This document shows, one piece after another, positions 52,357 through 62,417 of a DNA stretch of 64,000 bases. The notes under the pieces were generated by a model. It had not been told where the DNA came from and made no database searches. It was given only the letters and a program-made list of their open reading frames with translations. The translations under genes and the position numbers were made by a program. Within the stretch, counting starts at the first letter, position 1. Every line of letters begins with the position of its first letter. The stretch is from contig CAWCKW010000012.1 of assembly GCA_963796285.1 (NCBI GenBank), positions 384,001-448,000 of the forward strand. Reading direction: 5' to 3'. Source of the DNA: Nitrospirota bacterium. GTDB taxonomy: Bacteria; Nitrospirota; UBA9217.

Positions 52357-53433
52357 ATGAAACATTCCATACTGTTAGGTATCGCAGTAGTTGTGTTGTC
52401 CGCTCTTCCCGCGTTTGCCTCAGAAAATATCCGTGTTGCTATTGCCGACAACCAAAGAGCAGTTTCGCTCAAATCCCTGTCCGGCTTAGTATTTGCCGGG
52501 ACACCATCAAACAGCCGTGAGAAATTACTGCATTTCACGCCGGCGTCTGTCAATGGAAAGCCGGTGCGTGTCAGGTCAACTGACGAGTTCACCCAGGTGA
52601 ACGGCAAACGGTACCGGGGCTGGGTGGAACTCAGGAAGAAAAAGAACGGGCTGCTCCTCGTAGTGAACGATCTAGATCTTGAGGAGTATCTCATGGGTGT
52701 GATCGCCGCTGAGGTCCCGCCCGACTGGGAGTTTGAAGTACTCAAGGCCCAGGCTGTGGCATCGCGGACCTATGCGCTGTATGAAAAAAGGATGGCGGGA
52801 AAGAGACCGTACCATATTCTCTCGACGATCACGAGCCAGGTATACAACGGGGTGAATGGTGAGCATGGGAAAGCGGTAAAGGCTGTAAAGGAGACGAAGG
52901 GACTTATCCTTACGTATCAAGGAAAAGTGATCCCGGCATTCTATCACGCCAACTGCGGAGGGCATACGGAAAATGCCTCTGAGATATGGGGTATTGACGC
53001 GCCCTATCTCAAGGGGGTTGATTGCGAGTGCCAGAATATCCTCAAGGACGGGGTCTGGGAAAAGAGGATAAACGTTTCCCATCTCTCCGATGTGCTGAGG
53101 CGTCTGGGTTATCGCGTAAACGATATATCGGACATTGGTATAGCCGGCATCACACCGGCAGGCAGGGTCAAGAATGTCACCCTGCATTCCGCACGCGGCA
53201 CAACAACTGTTCCGGCCGAGACCCTCCGGTCCGCCCTCGGCAGCACGGTGATTCCGAGTCTTTTTTTTGAGTTGGAGCTGTCTGAGGGGGAGGCGGTATT
53301 TTCGGGCAGGGGTAGTGGCCACGGGGTAGGATTATGTCAGTGGGGCGCGAAAGAGATGGCCGGGAAAGGCTATGAATTTAAAGCCATCCTCGCGCACTAT
53401 TATCCGGGAGCGGATCTGGTGCGGATGTATTAG
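52357..53433 (+). CDS. SpoIID/LytB domain protein
   Basis: LEEYLMGV..EV, LKAQAVASRTYA, SQVY, GSGHGVGLCQWGA, ILAHYYPG. Confidence 0.93.
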   Translation: MKHSILLGIAVVVLSALPAFASENIRVAIADNQRAVSLKSLSGLVFAGTPSNSREKLLHFTPASVNGKPVRVRSTDEFTQVNGKRYRGWVELRKKKNGLLLVVNDLDLEEYLMGVIAAEVPPDWEFEVLKAQAVASRTYALYEKRMAGKRPYHILSTITSQVYNGVNGEHGKAVKAVKETKGLILTYQGKVIPAFYHANCGGHTENASEIWGIDAPYLKGVDCECQNILKDGVWEKRINVSHLSDVLRRLGYRVNDISDIGIAGITPAGRVKNVTLHSARGTTTVPAETLRSALGSTVIPSLFFELELSEGEAVFSGRGSGHGVGLCQWGAKEMAGKGYEFKAILAHYYPGADLVRMY

Positions 53434-53669
53434 CGAACAGGTGTCAAACCAGATAGTCCGGAACCAATGATCATAACCACATTGTCATGAAGGCTCGAAC
53501 AATGTTGAGACCAATGAACATTGATAAGCGCACGTGAAAAACCATGGATCTTCTTAGTTCAAGGAGTGTTCACCTCATTAGTGTTGCTTTCCATTGACGG
53601 TGAAAATCAGAGATAAAAGAAAATTCATTTTTATTGACATCCATTCAGAGAGGATACTAGCATAGCGCC

Positions 53670-54452
53670 ATGAAAAAAACGAAAAGGGACAAAACAATAA
53701 AAAAGGCGAGAACGGAAAACGAGGAAAAACCAGCCAGCGTATCGCTCACAACGCTGTCGCTCTCCCTTCTTATCATCTGCGCCCTTGCCTCGACCGCGTA
53801 TCAGAGAAATAGCATCTATCATGATTTCATAACCCTTTGGGGCAATATAACAAAAACCTCTCCGAACAAGCGCCGTGCCCACGAGAATTACGGCCAGGCG
53901 CTTTCCACCGTGGGCCGTCTTGAAGAGGCTCTCCGGGAATTCAATACCGTCCTGGCCTTGAAGGACGACGGCAGCGTTCCTATGCGCGACCTGTACCGCG
54001 AGATCGGCGTGGTCTATTTCAGGATGAATCGCATGGATGACGCCATTTCCGCATGGAAGACGGGACTGAGACATGCGCCAAACGACCCCAGTCTTCTGAA
54101 CAACCTGTCGATCGCGCTGCTGCAGACAGGACGGTATGAAGAGGCCGCCATGCAGGCACAGACGGCGCTTTCCGCAGATCCCAATATGCCGCAGGCGCTC
54201 AATACCATGGGACAGGTTTTGATGCTCAAAAAAGACTACGAAAAAGCCGCAACATATTTTTTAAAGGCGATCGAGCAGCAGCCGGATGTCCCGGCTCGGT
54301 ACTGGAACGCGGCCCTTGCCTTGGAGCAGACGGGTAAGTACGATATGGCGATGCAGTATGCGCGCAAGTATGTGGATATGGAACAGGACAGCGCGGCCCG
54401 TCAGAGGGCCTCCGGTTTTATAGAACACCTGAACAAGATGATGGGCAGATGA
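53670..54452 (+). CDS. Membrane-anchored tetratricopeptide repeat protein
   Basis: One TM, YQRNSIY..LW...SPNKRRAHENYG, about five TPR repeats. Confidence 0.85.
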   Translation: MKKTKRDKTIKKARTENEEKPASVSLTTLSLSLLIICALASTAYQRNSIYHDFITLWGNITKTSPNKRRAHENYGQALSTVGRLEEALREFNTVLALKDDGSVPMRDLYREIGVVYFRMNRMDDAISAWKTGLRHAPNDPSLLNNLSIALLQTGRYEEAAMQAQTALSADPNMPQALNTMGQVLMLKKDYEKAATYFLKAIEQQPDVPARYWNAALALEQTGKYDMAMQYARKYVDMEQDSAARQRASGFIEHLNKMMGR

Positions 54453-54563
54453 AATTGAGGTATCTCAAGCAATGATCCTTCAGAAAAAAAGCGTCCGAAA
54501 CCCGCTGATATGCGCCCCACGGACCCTTACGAATTATTCTTTGCGTTCTTTACGAGAATGAAC

Positions 54564-55685
54564 CTATCGGCTGAAACTTACCTGATTTCTCCCATTTCTT
54601 TTTGAGACATACAGCGCATCATCGGCTTTTTTAATGAGCTTCTCAGGGCTCCGTTCTTCCCCGCTCTCGATAGCTGCAATCCCGATGCTGATGGTAACTT
54701 TGCCTTCCCGTTTATTTTCCTTAAGCGGAAACATATTATTCTCCACCGCTTTTCTAAGACGTTCGGCCACGATGATCGCATTCTGAAGATCCAGCTCGGG
54801 CATGATGATGGCGAATTCTTCCCCACCGTACCTGCAGCAGATATCGATGCTATGGCTTCTGCTCTGTTCCAGCATTATTGCAGCCAACTCTTTCAACACG
54901 GCATCGCCTACCTGGTGTCCGAAGTTGTCGTTGAACTGTTTGAAGTGGTCGATATCGAGCATCATGAGCGACAGTGTTTTTCCTGTCCTCTGCAGTCTGT
55001 TGATCTCCAGTTCAAGTCTTTCCAGGAACATCCTATGGTTATAGAGTCCTGTGAGACCATCGTGCTGAGACAGCTGTTGGATTTTCTCGAAGAGGCGGGA
55101 TTTCTCGATACCGGCGGCCAACTGATGTGAAAGGATCGCCATGAAGTCCATGTCGTCTACGCTCAGCCCGTACTTGGCGGTGTTGTCCATACCGATGATC
55201 CCGATCGTAGTATTGCGCGCCTTGAGCGCAATGCCAATGTATGATCCGTCGCGTTTTTCCTCGCCGGGAATATGGATGAAATCGTTGAAGGTTTCGTAGA
55301 ACATCGAAAGATCGTGAATATGGACGTGCTCGCCGTTCTTTACGATTCTGCCAGGCGTGCCTTCGCCGATCCGGAGCGAGATCTTCCCGGGAGCGTCGAG
55401 TCCGCTGTGGAAGACAAGCTCGAGATTCTCCCGTTTTTCATCGAGCACGTAGACCGATATGCGATCGAAGGATAGGGATTTTTGGATGATGTCGAACACC
55501 TGCCTCAGCATCTCCCGCAGGTCCAGCAGGGACCCGATGGTCCGCGAGATATGGTAATGGATATAGACTTCGCTCAGCTTTTTTTCAAGCAGATCGCTTA
55601 GCCCTTTTTCGCGGACGTGCGCGTCATTCAGCTCCCGCTCGAGCCGGACGACCTTTTCTGCTAAATCGTTATCTTGCATAGTCAC
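54564..55685 (-). CDS. GAF-GGDEF diguanylate cyclase
   Basis: Coiled coil, GAF, DGLTGLYN, DIDHFKQFND.FGHQVGD, RYGGEEF. Confidence 0.93.
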   Translation of the reverse strand: MTMQDNDLAEKVVRLERELNDAHVREKGLSDLLEKKLSEVYIHYHISRTIGSLLDLREMLRQVFDIIQKSLSFDRISVYVLDEKRENLELVFHSGLDAPGKISLRIGEGTPGRIVKNGEHVHIHDLSMFYETFNDFIHIPGEEKRDGSYIGIALKARNTTIGIIGMDNTAKYGLSVDDMDFMAILSHQLAAGIEKSRLFEKIQQLSQHDGLTGLYNHRMFLERLELEINRLQRTGKTLSLMMLDIDHFKQFNDNFGHQVGDAVLKELAAIMLEQSRSHSIDICCRYGGEEFAIIMPELDLQNAIIVAERLRKAVENNMFPLKENKREGKVTISIGIAAIESGEERSPEKLIKKADDALYVSKRNGRNQVSFSR

Positions 55686-55731
55686 TCCGGGGACCTGTGC
55701 ATACGATTGTGCAGCGTTGGTTCAGCCGTGC

Positions 55732-56541
55732 TCACTGCGCTTTCGGCTGCGCCGGTTGTATCGGGACCGGCTTTGGCCGTGAATGCGATGCCGGGGGAGC
55801 CAGCGGGGCGGTCGATGTGCTTTTGGTATCGGGAGCTGATTTTACCTGGGCCTGTGGTACGGTCTCCAGTTTTGCCGCAACCACCGGGACCATTGGCGGG
55901 TTCTCGATGATGATAACGGTCTTATGGTCCTTGATTCTGAACCCGATCGCAGGCTGTTTGGCCGAGTAGGCAGCGGCAATGAGCGTGTCCTGGCTTACAC
56001 CGTTCTTTTCAAAGTCCTTGATAAGGGCGGCTGATCGCTGTGCGGCGAGCGTTCGTGCGTCCTTCGCCGGTATTTTCTTTCTCCCTTTACCCTGCGCTGG
56101 AACAGCCTGGGTTGTGTTCCCGATAAACAGGTCTTTGCCTTTCAGCGGATCGCTTTTCAGCAGAGCTGCGAGTTCCAATCGCAGCTGCGGACTTTCTTTT
56201 GCAAAGGTATAGGAACCGGGCAGGTAGAGCAACTGCTCAGAGATGTTCACGATGACCTTATTGTCTGCCGTCAGAACTTCCACATGGCCTGATGTGATCT
56301 CTTTACCGAGGCCGATACTCAGGACCTCTGTTGCCGGTTTGAGCCACCGGGTTTCCCTGCTTTCCTTTTCTTTTAATTTTATCAATTCAGCGTTGGCCTT
56401 CTCATATGCCGGCAGGCCGGCTTTCATCCGAGCATAATCTTCTGCCAGGGGCTTGTAGGTTTTGAGGTAGAATATGGACCCGGCGCCGAGCGTCACGACG
56501 AGTATTGCTATCAAAACAGAGGTAACTATTTTCATGACCAT
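55732..56541 (-). CDS. Divergent OmpA/MotB-like membrane protein with Pro-rich tail
   Basis: N-terminal TM, coiled coil, VNISEQLLYLPGS, IGNT, LAAQRSA; RBS AGGAGG. Confidence 0.6.
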   Translation of the reverse strand: MVMKIVTSVLIAILVVTLGAGSIFYLKTYKPLAEDYARMKAGLPAYEKANAELIKLKEKESRETRWLKPATEVLSIGLGKEITSGHVEVLTADNKVIVNISEQLLYLPGSYTFAKESPQLRLELAALLKSDPLKGKDLFIGNTTQAVPAQGKGRKKIPAKDARTLAAQRSAALIKDFEKNGVSQDTLIAAAYSAKQPAIGFRIKDHKTVIIIENPPMVPVVAAKLETVPQAQVKSAPDTKSTSTAPLAPPASHSRPKPVPIQPAQPKAQ

Positions 56542-56679
56542 AAAACCTCCTTTTATAGGTAGTATGCAGAACACAGACAGCCGGCTGATGAAGTGGAAGT
56601 CTGATAACAGACTATTCGTAGTTAGACCGAATGCATAAAGCGATGATCCGGCTACTATCCATCATGTCATCTGCAATTA

Positions 56680-57873
56680 TTATCGCAGATCAATCACCGC
56701 TTTTGCAATTCTGTTGAGTCCCTTTTGAATGTTCTCCATGGACGTAGCATAGGAGAGCCGGATATACTGGTCTGCACCGAAGGCATCACCTGAAACGAGC
56801 GCCACCTTTGCTTCTTCCAGCAGATACGTTGCCAGATCCGAGGAGTTTTTCATCGTTTTTCCCAGTATTGATCTTCCGTAGAGCCTCGCAACGTTCGGGA
56901 AGGCGTAGAACGCGCCCACGGGCATCAGGCAGGATATCCCCGGTATTTTGTTCAGTTGCTCAACCATATATTTTCTTCTTTTGTCGAATTCGACGTTCAT
57001 GGTCTTGATAAAATCCTGTGGGCCGCGGAGCGCTTCGAGGGCTGCTTTCTGAGAGATGGAGCACGGGTTCGAGGTGCTTTGGCTCTGGATATTGGCCATG
57101 GCGGTGATGACATCTTTGGGGCCGGCGGCGTAGCCGATGCGCCAACCGGTCATGGCGTGGGACTTGGACACGCCGTTCACCACGATGGTCAGGTCCTTGA
57201 TCGCCTGGCCGAACGAGGCTATGCTGAAGTGTGTGAACCCGTCATAAAGCAGTTTTTCGTAGATCTCGTCGGAGATCACGTAGATCTTGTGTTTCACCGC
57301 AATTTCCGCGATCTCTTCGAGCGTTTTTCTGTCGTACGCGAGGCCGGTGGGATTGGAGGGGCTGTTCAGCACCAGCGCCTTTGTCTTTTTAGTGATGGCC
57401 TTTTCGAGCTTCTGTGCCGAGAGCTTGAATCCTTCCGCCTCCGTGGTCTCGACTATGACGGGTGTAGCATCGTTCAAGAGCACCTGGTCGGGATAAGAGA
57501 CCCAGTAGGGGGAGGGGATGATGATCTCGTCTCCGGGATCGAACAGCGCTTCTGCAATATTATAGAGGCTGTGTTTCGCCCCGCATGAGATGAGAACCTG
57601 GGATTTTTCATAGGCGAGGTCGTTATCTTTTTTGAATTTCTCTATGACCGCTTCTTTCAGCTCGTCCGTGCCGCCGGCGGGAGTATACTTGGTGAACCCT
57701 GACTGGATAGCCCTGATGCCCGCCTGCTTCACGTTCTCAGGTGTGTCGAAATCAGGTTCTCCCACCCCGAAGTCCACAACATCGATCCCCTGCATCTTCA
57801 TGGCCTTGGCTTTTGCCGCGGTAGCCAGCGTTGGGGAGGGTTTTATGGCCTGCGCTCTTTTTGCAATTCCCAT
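56680..57873 (-). CDS. aspC: PLP-dependent class I/II (aspartate) aminotransferase
   Basis: GEPDFDTP, PYWVSY, NSPSNPTG, SDEIYE, SKSHAMTGWRIG, GAFY, RLSYA. Confidence 0.9.
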   Translation of the reverse strand: MGIAKRAQAIKPSPTLATAAKAKAMKMQGIDVVDFGVGEPDFDTPENVKQAGIRAIQSGFTKYTPAGGTDELKEAVIEKFKKDNDLAYEKSQVLISCGAKHSLYNIAEALFDPGDEIIIPSPYWVSYPDQVLLNDATPVIVETTEAEGFKLSAQKLEKAITKKTKALVLNSPSNPTGLAYDRKTLEEIAEIAVKHKIYVISDEIYEKLLYDGFTHFSIASFGQAIKDLTIVVNGVSKSHAMTGWRIGYAAGPKDVITAMANIQSQSTSNPCSISQKAALEALRGPQDFIKTMNVEFDKRRKYMVEQLNKIPGISCLMPVGAFYAFPNVARLYGRSILGKTMKNSSDLATYLLEEAKVALVSGDAFGADQYIRLSYATSMENIQKGLNRIAKAVIDLR

Positions 57874-58252
57874 GCTCTCGAAATTCCCTTTCTTTCAATG
57901 AAATATACGATGATGAACTTAAATTAATTAGCATAGTAGCAGTTCAAAGTCAATGAGTTTCTTCCAATATAGGCTCTTCTGGGAGCTGCTCGCTTTATCC
58001 TCGAGACTCACCAATCAGGATCGGCAATGTCTCTCGCAAAACACCGAAAAATAGATTATAGCGAATCGTAAAATGCTTAGCTCATGAGCAATCAGCTTCG
58101 AGCGGCTTTATTCTTCTCGAACAGCGCGACGTTGCGATCGATCATTTCCCCGATAATTGATGTGAAGTTGGTTTGTGAGTTACCCATTCGTCCTATTCGA
58201 GGTTGCAAAGAGGGTGGAAGTATGATACTATTTTTTTGTGTGAGGAGGGTGC

Positions 58253-58627
58253 ATGCTCGGTTTTTTCCTGCGCTGGTCCATTAACTTACTCGCTCTCGTG
58301 ATCGCCGGATCGTTGATCAATGGGATCACCATAAGGAGCCTGGGAATAGGTGTCATCGCCGCCGGAATATTTGGCGTTGTCAATGCGGTGATCAGGCCGG
58401 TGGTGCTTCTCCTGACGCTCCCGATCAACCTTCTGACCCTCGGACTGTTCACCTTGGTGGTCAATGCCGCAATGCTTATGTTGGTGTCAGCAGTGGTGCC
58501 CGGTTTCGTGATCGAGTCATTCCGGTCCGCTTTTTTCGGGGCGCTCGTAATCAGCCTTATCAGCTGGGGAGTGAATATTTTTATAAGCGGCAGCGGAAAA
58601 TTAATTTTTATTAAGAAAGAGAGATAA
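58253..58627 (+). CDS. YvlD/phage holin family membrane protein
   Basis: VNAVIRP..LLTLPINLLTLGLF.LVVNA; RBS AGGAGG. Confidence 0.9.
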   Translation: MLGFFLRWSINLLALVIAGSLINGITIRSLGIGVIAAGIFGVVNAVIRPVVLLLTLPINLLTLGLFTLVVNAAMLMLVSAVVPGFVIESFRSAFFGALVISLISWGVNIFISGSGKLIFIKKER

Positions 58628-58812
58628 GGGGGATGGGTGAGGGGAAACAGACAAGGGAAGATTCAACGTACCCGGCACCACAGGATGTATGAATTCCCGC
58701 AACTTGCCTCGCAATCTCAAGCTGGTCGTTTGGTATTTTTGGACTTGGTGCCTGAAACTTACCGGGGTTGTGTGAAGCGAAATTTGGGAATTAGCCATAA
58801 GAAGGTTTCCAC

Positions 58813-59502
58813 ATGACCCACATGCACATACCAGACGGCATACTGCCGGTAGGTCTTTGGGTGCTCGGTTTGATCGTGATGGCGTTGGCCGTGGGGTTCA
58901 GCCTGTATCGGCTCCGGGGAATGGACATGACCAAGAAGATCCCTCTCCTCGGCGCGGTGAGTGCGGCGATGCTTGTGGCCATGAGCCTGGAGATCCTTCC
59001 ATTATTCTATCATATCAATCTTTCCGTTGTTGCCGGCATTCTTCTGGGTCCGGCCCTTGGTTTCTTAGCGGCATTTATCGCGAACCTCATTCTTGCCCTC
59101 ATGGGGCACGGTGGTATTACCGTGATTGGGCTCAATACCCTGCTCCTCGGTTCCGAGGCGGTCCTCGGCCACACCCTGTTCTATCTGCTCAAAAAGCGGC
59201 TCCCGGTGTTCTGGCGCGCCGTGACCGCGACGGTTCTTACCCTCTTCATAACGACACTGGCACTGATAGGCATCGTAGCTGTTTCTCATATCGATCCGGA
59301 ATTAGTCAGCCATGGAGATGAGCATGGCCTTATTCACAGAGGGCAGGTGTCTGTGCAGACGTTTGCGATCATGGTATTATCGCTCGGTGTCGTCGGTTGG
59401 TCCATAGAAGCGGCGATTACCGGTGCGGTGGTAAAGTTCATCTCGCAGGTCAAACCCGACCTGCTTGACCATGCGCTGCATCGTGAAAAGGTTGGAAAAT
59501 AA
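58813..59502 (+). CDS. cbiM: Ni/Co ECF transporter S component (CbiM/NikM)
   Basis: MHIPDG, YHINLS..GILLGP, GHGGIT.IGLN. Confidence 0.88.
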   Translation: MTHMHIPDGILPVGLWVLGLIVMALAVGFSLYRLRGMDMTKKIPLLGAVSAAMLVAMSLEILPLFYHINLSVVAGILLGPALGFLAAFIANLILALMGHGGITVIGLNTLLLGSEAVLGHTLFYLLKKRLPVFWRAVTATVLTLFITTLALIGIVAVSHIDPELVSHGDEHGLIHRGQVSVQTFAIMVLSLGVVGWSIEAAITGAVVKFISQVKPDLLDHALHREKVGK

Positions 59503-59519
59503 CCAATGAGGAACATGCC

Positions 59520-60224
59520 GTGATAGATGTCGCAAGGATAGATCATTGGGCCGCCAGCGGATCAGGACCTTTCCACAGGGCCTCAACGCCTGCGAAACTC
59601 CTGTTTCTGCTATTCGTGGTGTCATCAGCAGTTCTCGCCCGAAACCCCTATCCGCTCATTGCAGGATATGGGGTATTGCTTGCCATAGCAGCGGCGTCCG
59701 AACTTCCCTGGTTCAAGGTGATGGTATTGTCGTGGTATGCCGCACTGTTTGCGATTTTGTATGCGATCAGTCTCCGGGGCGGAGGCTGGCTTGCTTCACT
59801 TTTTATCGTCAAGGCAATAACGCCTTCATTTGCCATGCTCATGCTGATCGTGAGCACCCCCTACCCGAGAATATTTTCCCTATTCAGTGCTGTACTTCCC
59901 GAGATCCTGGCAGCGGGCCTGTTTATGACATACCGGACGCTGTTTATTCTCCTTGATATGATGGACAGTTTTGCGGCGGCCATACGGTTGCGCGGCGGTT
60001 TTTCTCCCGGAAGCCTGTATAAAAATAGCGCCAATATTTCTAAAGGCATCGGAATGCTGCTGGTGAGAGCGGTAGAGCGCGCCTCGCGCCTCTATGCGGT
60101 CATGGTGGTCAGGGGATACAGCGGCAGTATGGCGGAGAAGGGTACGATACGCTTCCAGAGGGAAGACTGGCTTCCACTTGGGACCGGGACCGCGGTGCTC
60201 GTGCTGGTGCTCATCTGGAAGTAA
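59520..60224 (+). CDS. cbiQ: ECF transporter T component (CbiQ/NikQ)
   Basis: HRASTPAKL, TYR.LF, RLRGG, RAVERASRLYAVMVVRGY. Confidence 0.88.
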   Translation: MIDVARIDHWAASGSGPFHRASTPAKLLFLLFVVSSAVLARNPYPLIAGYGVLLAIAAASELPWFKVMVLSWYAALFAILYAISLRGGGWLASLFIVKAITPSFAMLMLIVSTPYPRIFSLFSAVLPEILAAGLFMTYRTLFILLDMMDSFAAAIRLRGGFSPGSLYKNSANISKGIGMLLVRAVERASRLYAVMVVRGYSGSMAEKGTIRFQREDWLPLGTGTAVLVLVLIWK

Positions 60225-60255
60225 GCGGCAGCAAGTATCTTCGAAACAAATACGA

Positions 60256-61122
60256 ATGAACAAAAAACTTCTTTTCCATAAGGATTCAAAGGAATCCATC
60301 GTCAGTGTAAGTTGTCTTAAACATGTGTACCCGGATACGACCGAGATCCATATCTGCGGTCTTGATTTTGTTGTAAATCGCGGTGAGCGGGTGGTAGTGC
60401 TTGGCGGAAACGGCTCAGGCAAAACCACGCTTCTGTACCACATTCTGGGGTTGCTTGCTCCTAACGAGGGAAACGTGGCCGTGTTCGGCGTGAATCCCGC
60501 GGCGCAATACAGCGCCATACGGGAACGAATCGGTGTGCTGCTCCAGAATGTGGATGACCAGATACTTTCTCCCACGGTCTGGGACGACATCTCCTTTTCC
60601 CCACGCAATTACGGGTACGGGAAGAAGGAGAGCGGCCACATGGTCGAGCAGGTCATGGAAGAACTCGGGATCCGGCACCTGCAAGACAAAATATGCCACT
60701 ACCTCTCCGGAGGTGAAAAACGGAAGGTGGCGCTCGCGGGCGCACTGGTAATGCGGCCGGAGCTTTTGATCCTTGATGAGCCGTTTGAGGGGCTCGATTC
60801 CCGGTCACGGACGGAGTTGGTAACGCTGTTGAACAAGCGGAACAGCGAAGGCATGACGATCATCATGTCCACGCATGACCTCAACCTGGTCTCGGGGTTC
60901 GCCGACCGCGTCTATGTGCTCGCCAAAGGGCACGGCGTGATCACTGCCGGGACGCCGGCGGATATTTTTCAGCAGGTCGAGGCGCTGAAGGCTTCCAACA
61001 TCGACCCACCACTCCTTACGGAGCTTTTTCTCAAACTACGGGAGCGGGGATTGCTTGTTGACGTGCCGGTCTCTGTTGATCAGGCAGTGAGCGATCTGGT
61101 CCGTTTCGTAAAGAACCGATAA
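60256..61122 (+). CDS. cbiO: ECF transporter ATPase (CbiO/NikO)
   Basis: GGNGSGKTT, QNVDDQ, LSGGEKRKVA, LDEPF, STHD. Confidence 0.9.
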   Translation: MNKKLLFHKDSKESIVSVSCLKHVYPDTTEIHICGLDFVVNRGERVVVLGGNGSGKTTLLYHILGLLAPNEGNVAVFGVNPAAQYSAIRERIGVLLQNVDDQILSPTVWDDISFSPRNYGYGKKESGHMVEQVMEELGIRHLQDKICHYLSGGEKRKVALAGALVMRPELLILDEPFEGLDSRSRTELVTLLNKRNSEGMTIIMSTHDLNLVSGFADRVYVLAKGHGVITAGTPADIFQQVEALKASNIDPPLLTELFLKLRERGLLVDVPVSVDQAVSDLVRFVKNR

Positions 61123-61145
61123 ACCCCGCCTGTGGCAGGGAACGG

Positions 61146-62417
61146 ATGACGGAGGTACGAAGAATGCAACAGGGTGGTTTTGAACATAAAAAGGATATTC
61201 TGATTTTCCTGCTGGCACTTTTCCTGTTGGCTGCGGTTCTCATCGGCGCGACAACCGGGTATTTTATTTCGCAGGACAGCTGGTACGCTGTGTTCCTTGT
61301 TCTCGCGCTGGCTCTCCTTATTTTGCTGGCGTCGTTTGTTTTATACAAGAAAACCATCTTCCCCTATTATCGCCGTCTGGAGGATGCCAACCTCGAACTG
61401 CACCTGAAACAGGAGGAACTTCTCGATATCAAGGACGATTTGTTCCTCAAATTTCTGGGGGTGTACGATGTGAATTATGCAGCGAACTCGCCCAGGCTGT
61501 TCTCGGACCGTCTGAAGGATGTTGCCGTTACGACCGCGAGGGTCATGGAAGCTGACGCCTGTTTTATTTACCTCTACAACAAGAAAAGGGACGATCTGTT
61601 GCTTGCAGCTACCAATGGCGTCCAAGAATCCGCGATCGACAAAGTCCGGATCCCTCTCGGTGAGGGGATCGAAGGATGGGTCGGGAGGAGACTTGAACCC
61701 GTCACGCTCAAAGACTTTCATTCCGACGCAAGGTTCCGTGAGCTGACCGAGTTGGTGCTTACCGACTACCGGTCGCTCTATTGCCTGCCGCTTTACGTCT
61801 ATTCAAACGGCGCTCTTGTGGGGCTCATGGAAGTGTTCTATGATAAACCGAAGACCTTCACGGACGAGGACATCAATTTTTTTACTACGCTGTCCGGTAT
61901 CCTTTCCACAACGATCCAGAACGAACTTATGCAGGCAGAGCTGCACAAGATGAATTCCGAGCTGGAGCAGTGGGTCGCTGAAAAGACCGAGGAACTCAGG
62001 GCATCGGAAGAACGGTATCGGACGCTCGTTGAAAACGCCGGAGAATCTATTTTTGTCCTTGCCGGGAACGGAGATATCGTATTTGCAAACGAACAGGCCG
62101 CCCGGCTCACCGGACTTGCGAAGTATGATCTTCTGCACAAAAACCTTTTCGAGCTCATGGTCGACGCTACGCGGCCGCGTGAAATTCTCGAAGAGGCCAG
62201 GGAAGGCCGTCCATCGGCAAGGTACGGAGAACTCAGAAAAGATGACGGCACCGTGATTACTATCGAAGTGAGCGCCGTAACGCTTTCTCTCATGGGCAAA
62301 CGGTTTATCCAGTCCGTGGTGCGCGATATATCCTCCCAAACGCATCTCGAGCGCCTCCTGGCGGAAAAGGAACAGGAATTGTCCATTCTCAAAGCGCGAC
62401 TTAATTCCCCAAAATAA
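61146..62417 (+). CDS. Membrane sensor with GAF and PAS domains and no output domain
   Basis: Two TMs, GAF (LGEGIEGWV, CLPL, FTDED), SEERYRTLVEN PAS ending VRDIS, short coiled coil, stop. Confidence 0.85.
   Translation: MTEVRRMQQGGFEHKKDILIFLLALFLLAAVLIGATTGYFISQDSWYAVFLVLALALLILLASFVLYKKTIFPYYRRLEDANLELHLKQEELLDIKDDLFLKFLGVYDVNYAANSPRLFSDRLKDVAVTTARVMEADACFIYLYNKKRDDLLLAATNGVQESAIDKVRIPLGEGIEGWVGRRLEPVTLKDFHSDARFRELTELVLTDYRSLYCLPLYVYSNGALVGLMEVFYDKPKTFTDEDINFFTTLSGILSTTIQNELMQAELHKMNSELEQWVAEKTEELRASEERYRTLVENAGESIFVLAGNGDIVFANEQAARLTGLAKYDLLHKNLFELMVDATRPREILEEAREGRPSARYGELRKDDGTVITIEVSAVTLSLMGKRFIQSVVRDISSQTHLERLLAEKEQELSILKARLNSPK

Noticed and set aside
54564-55685. Hypr-GGDEF (3',3'-cGAMP synthase)
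   Set aside because: The signature position is Asp (GHQVGD), not Ser.
58253-58627. Prophage implied by the holin-family gene
   Set aside because: YvlD-like proteins are common chromosomal membrane proteins, and no phage genes are nearby.
58645-58730. Cobalamin riboswitch upstream of cbiM
   Set aside because: AAGGGAA and GAATTCCCGCAAC are loosely similar, but the spacing is wrong and no GCCACTG or B12 box is visible.
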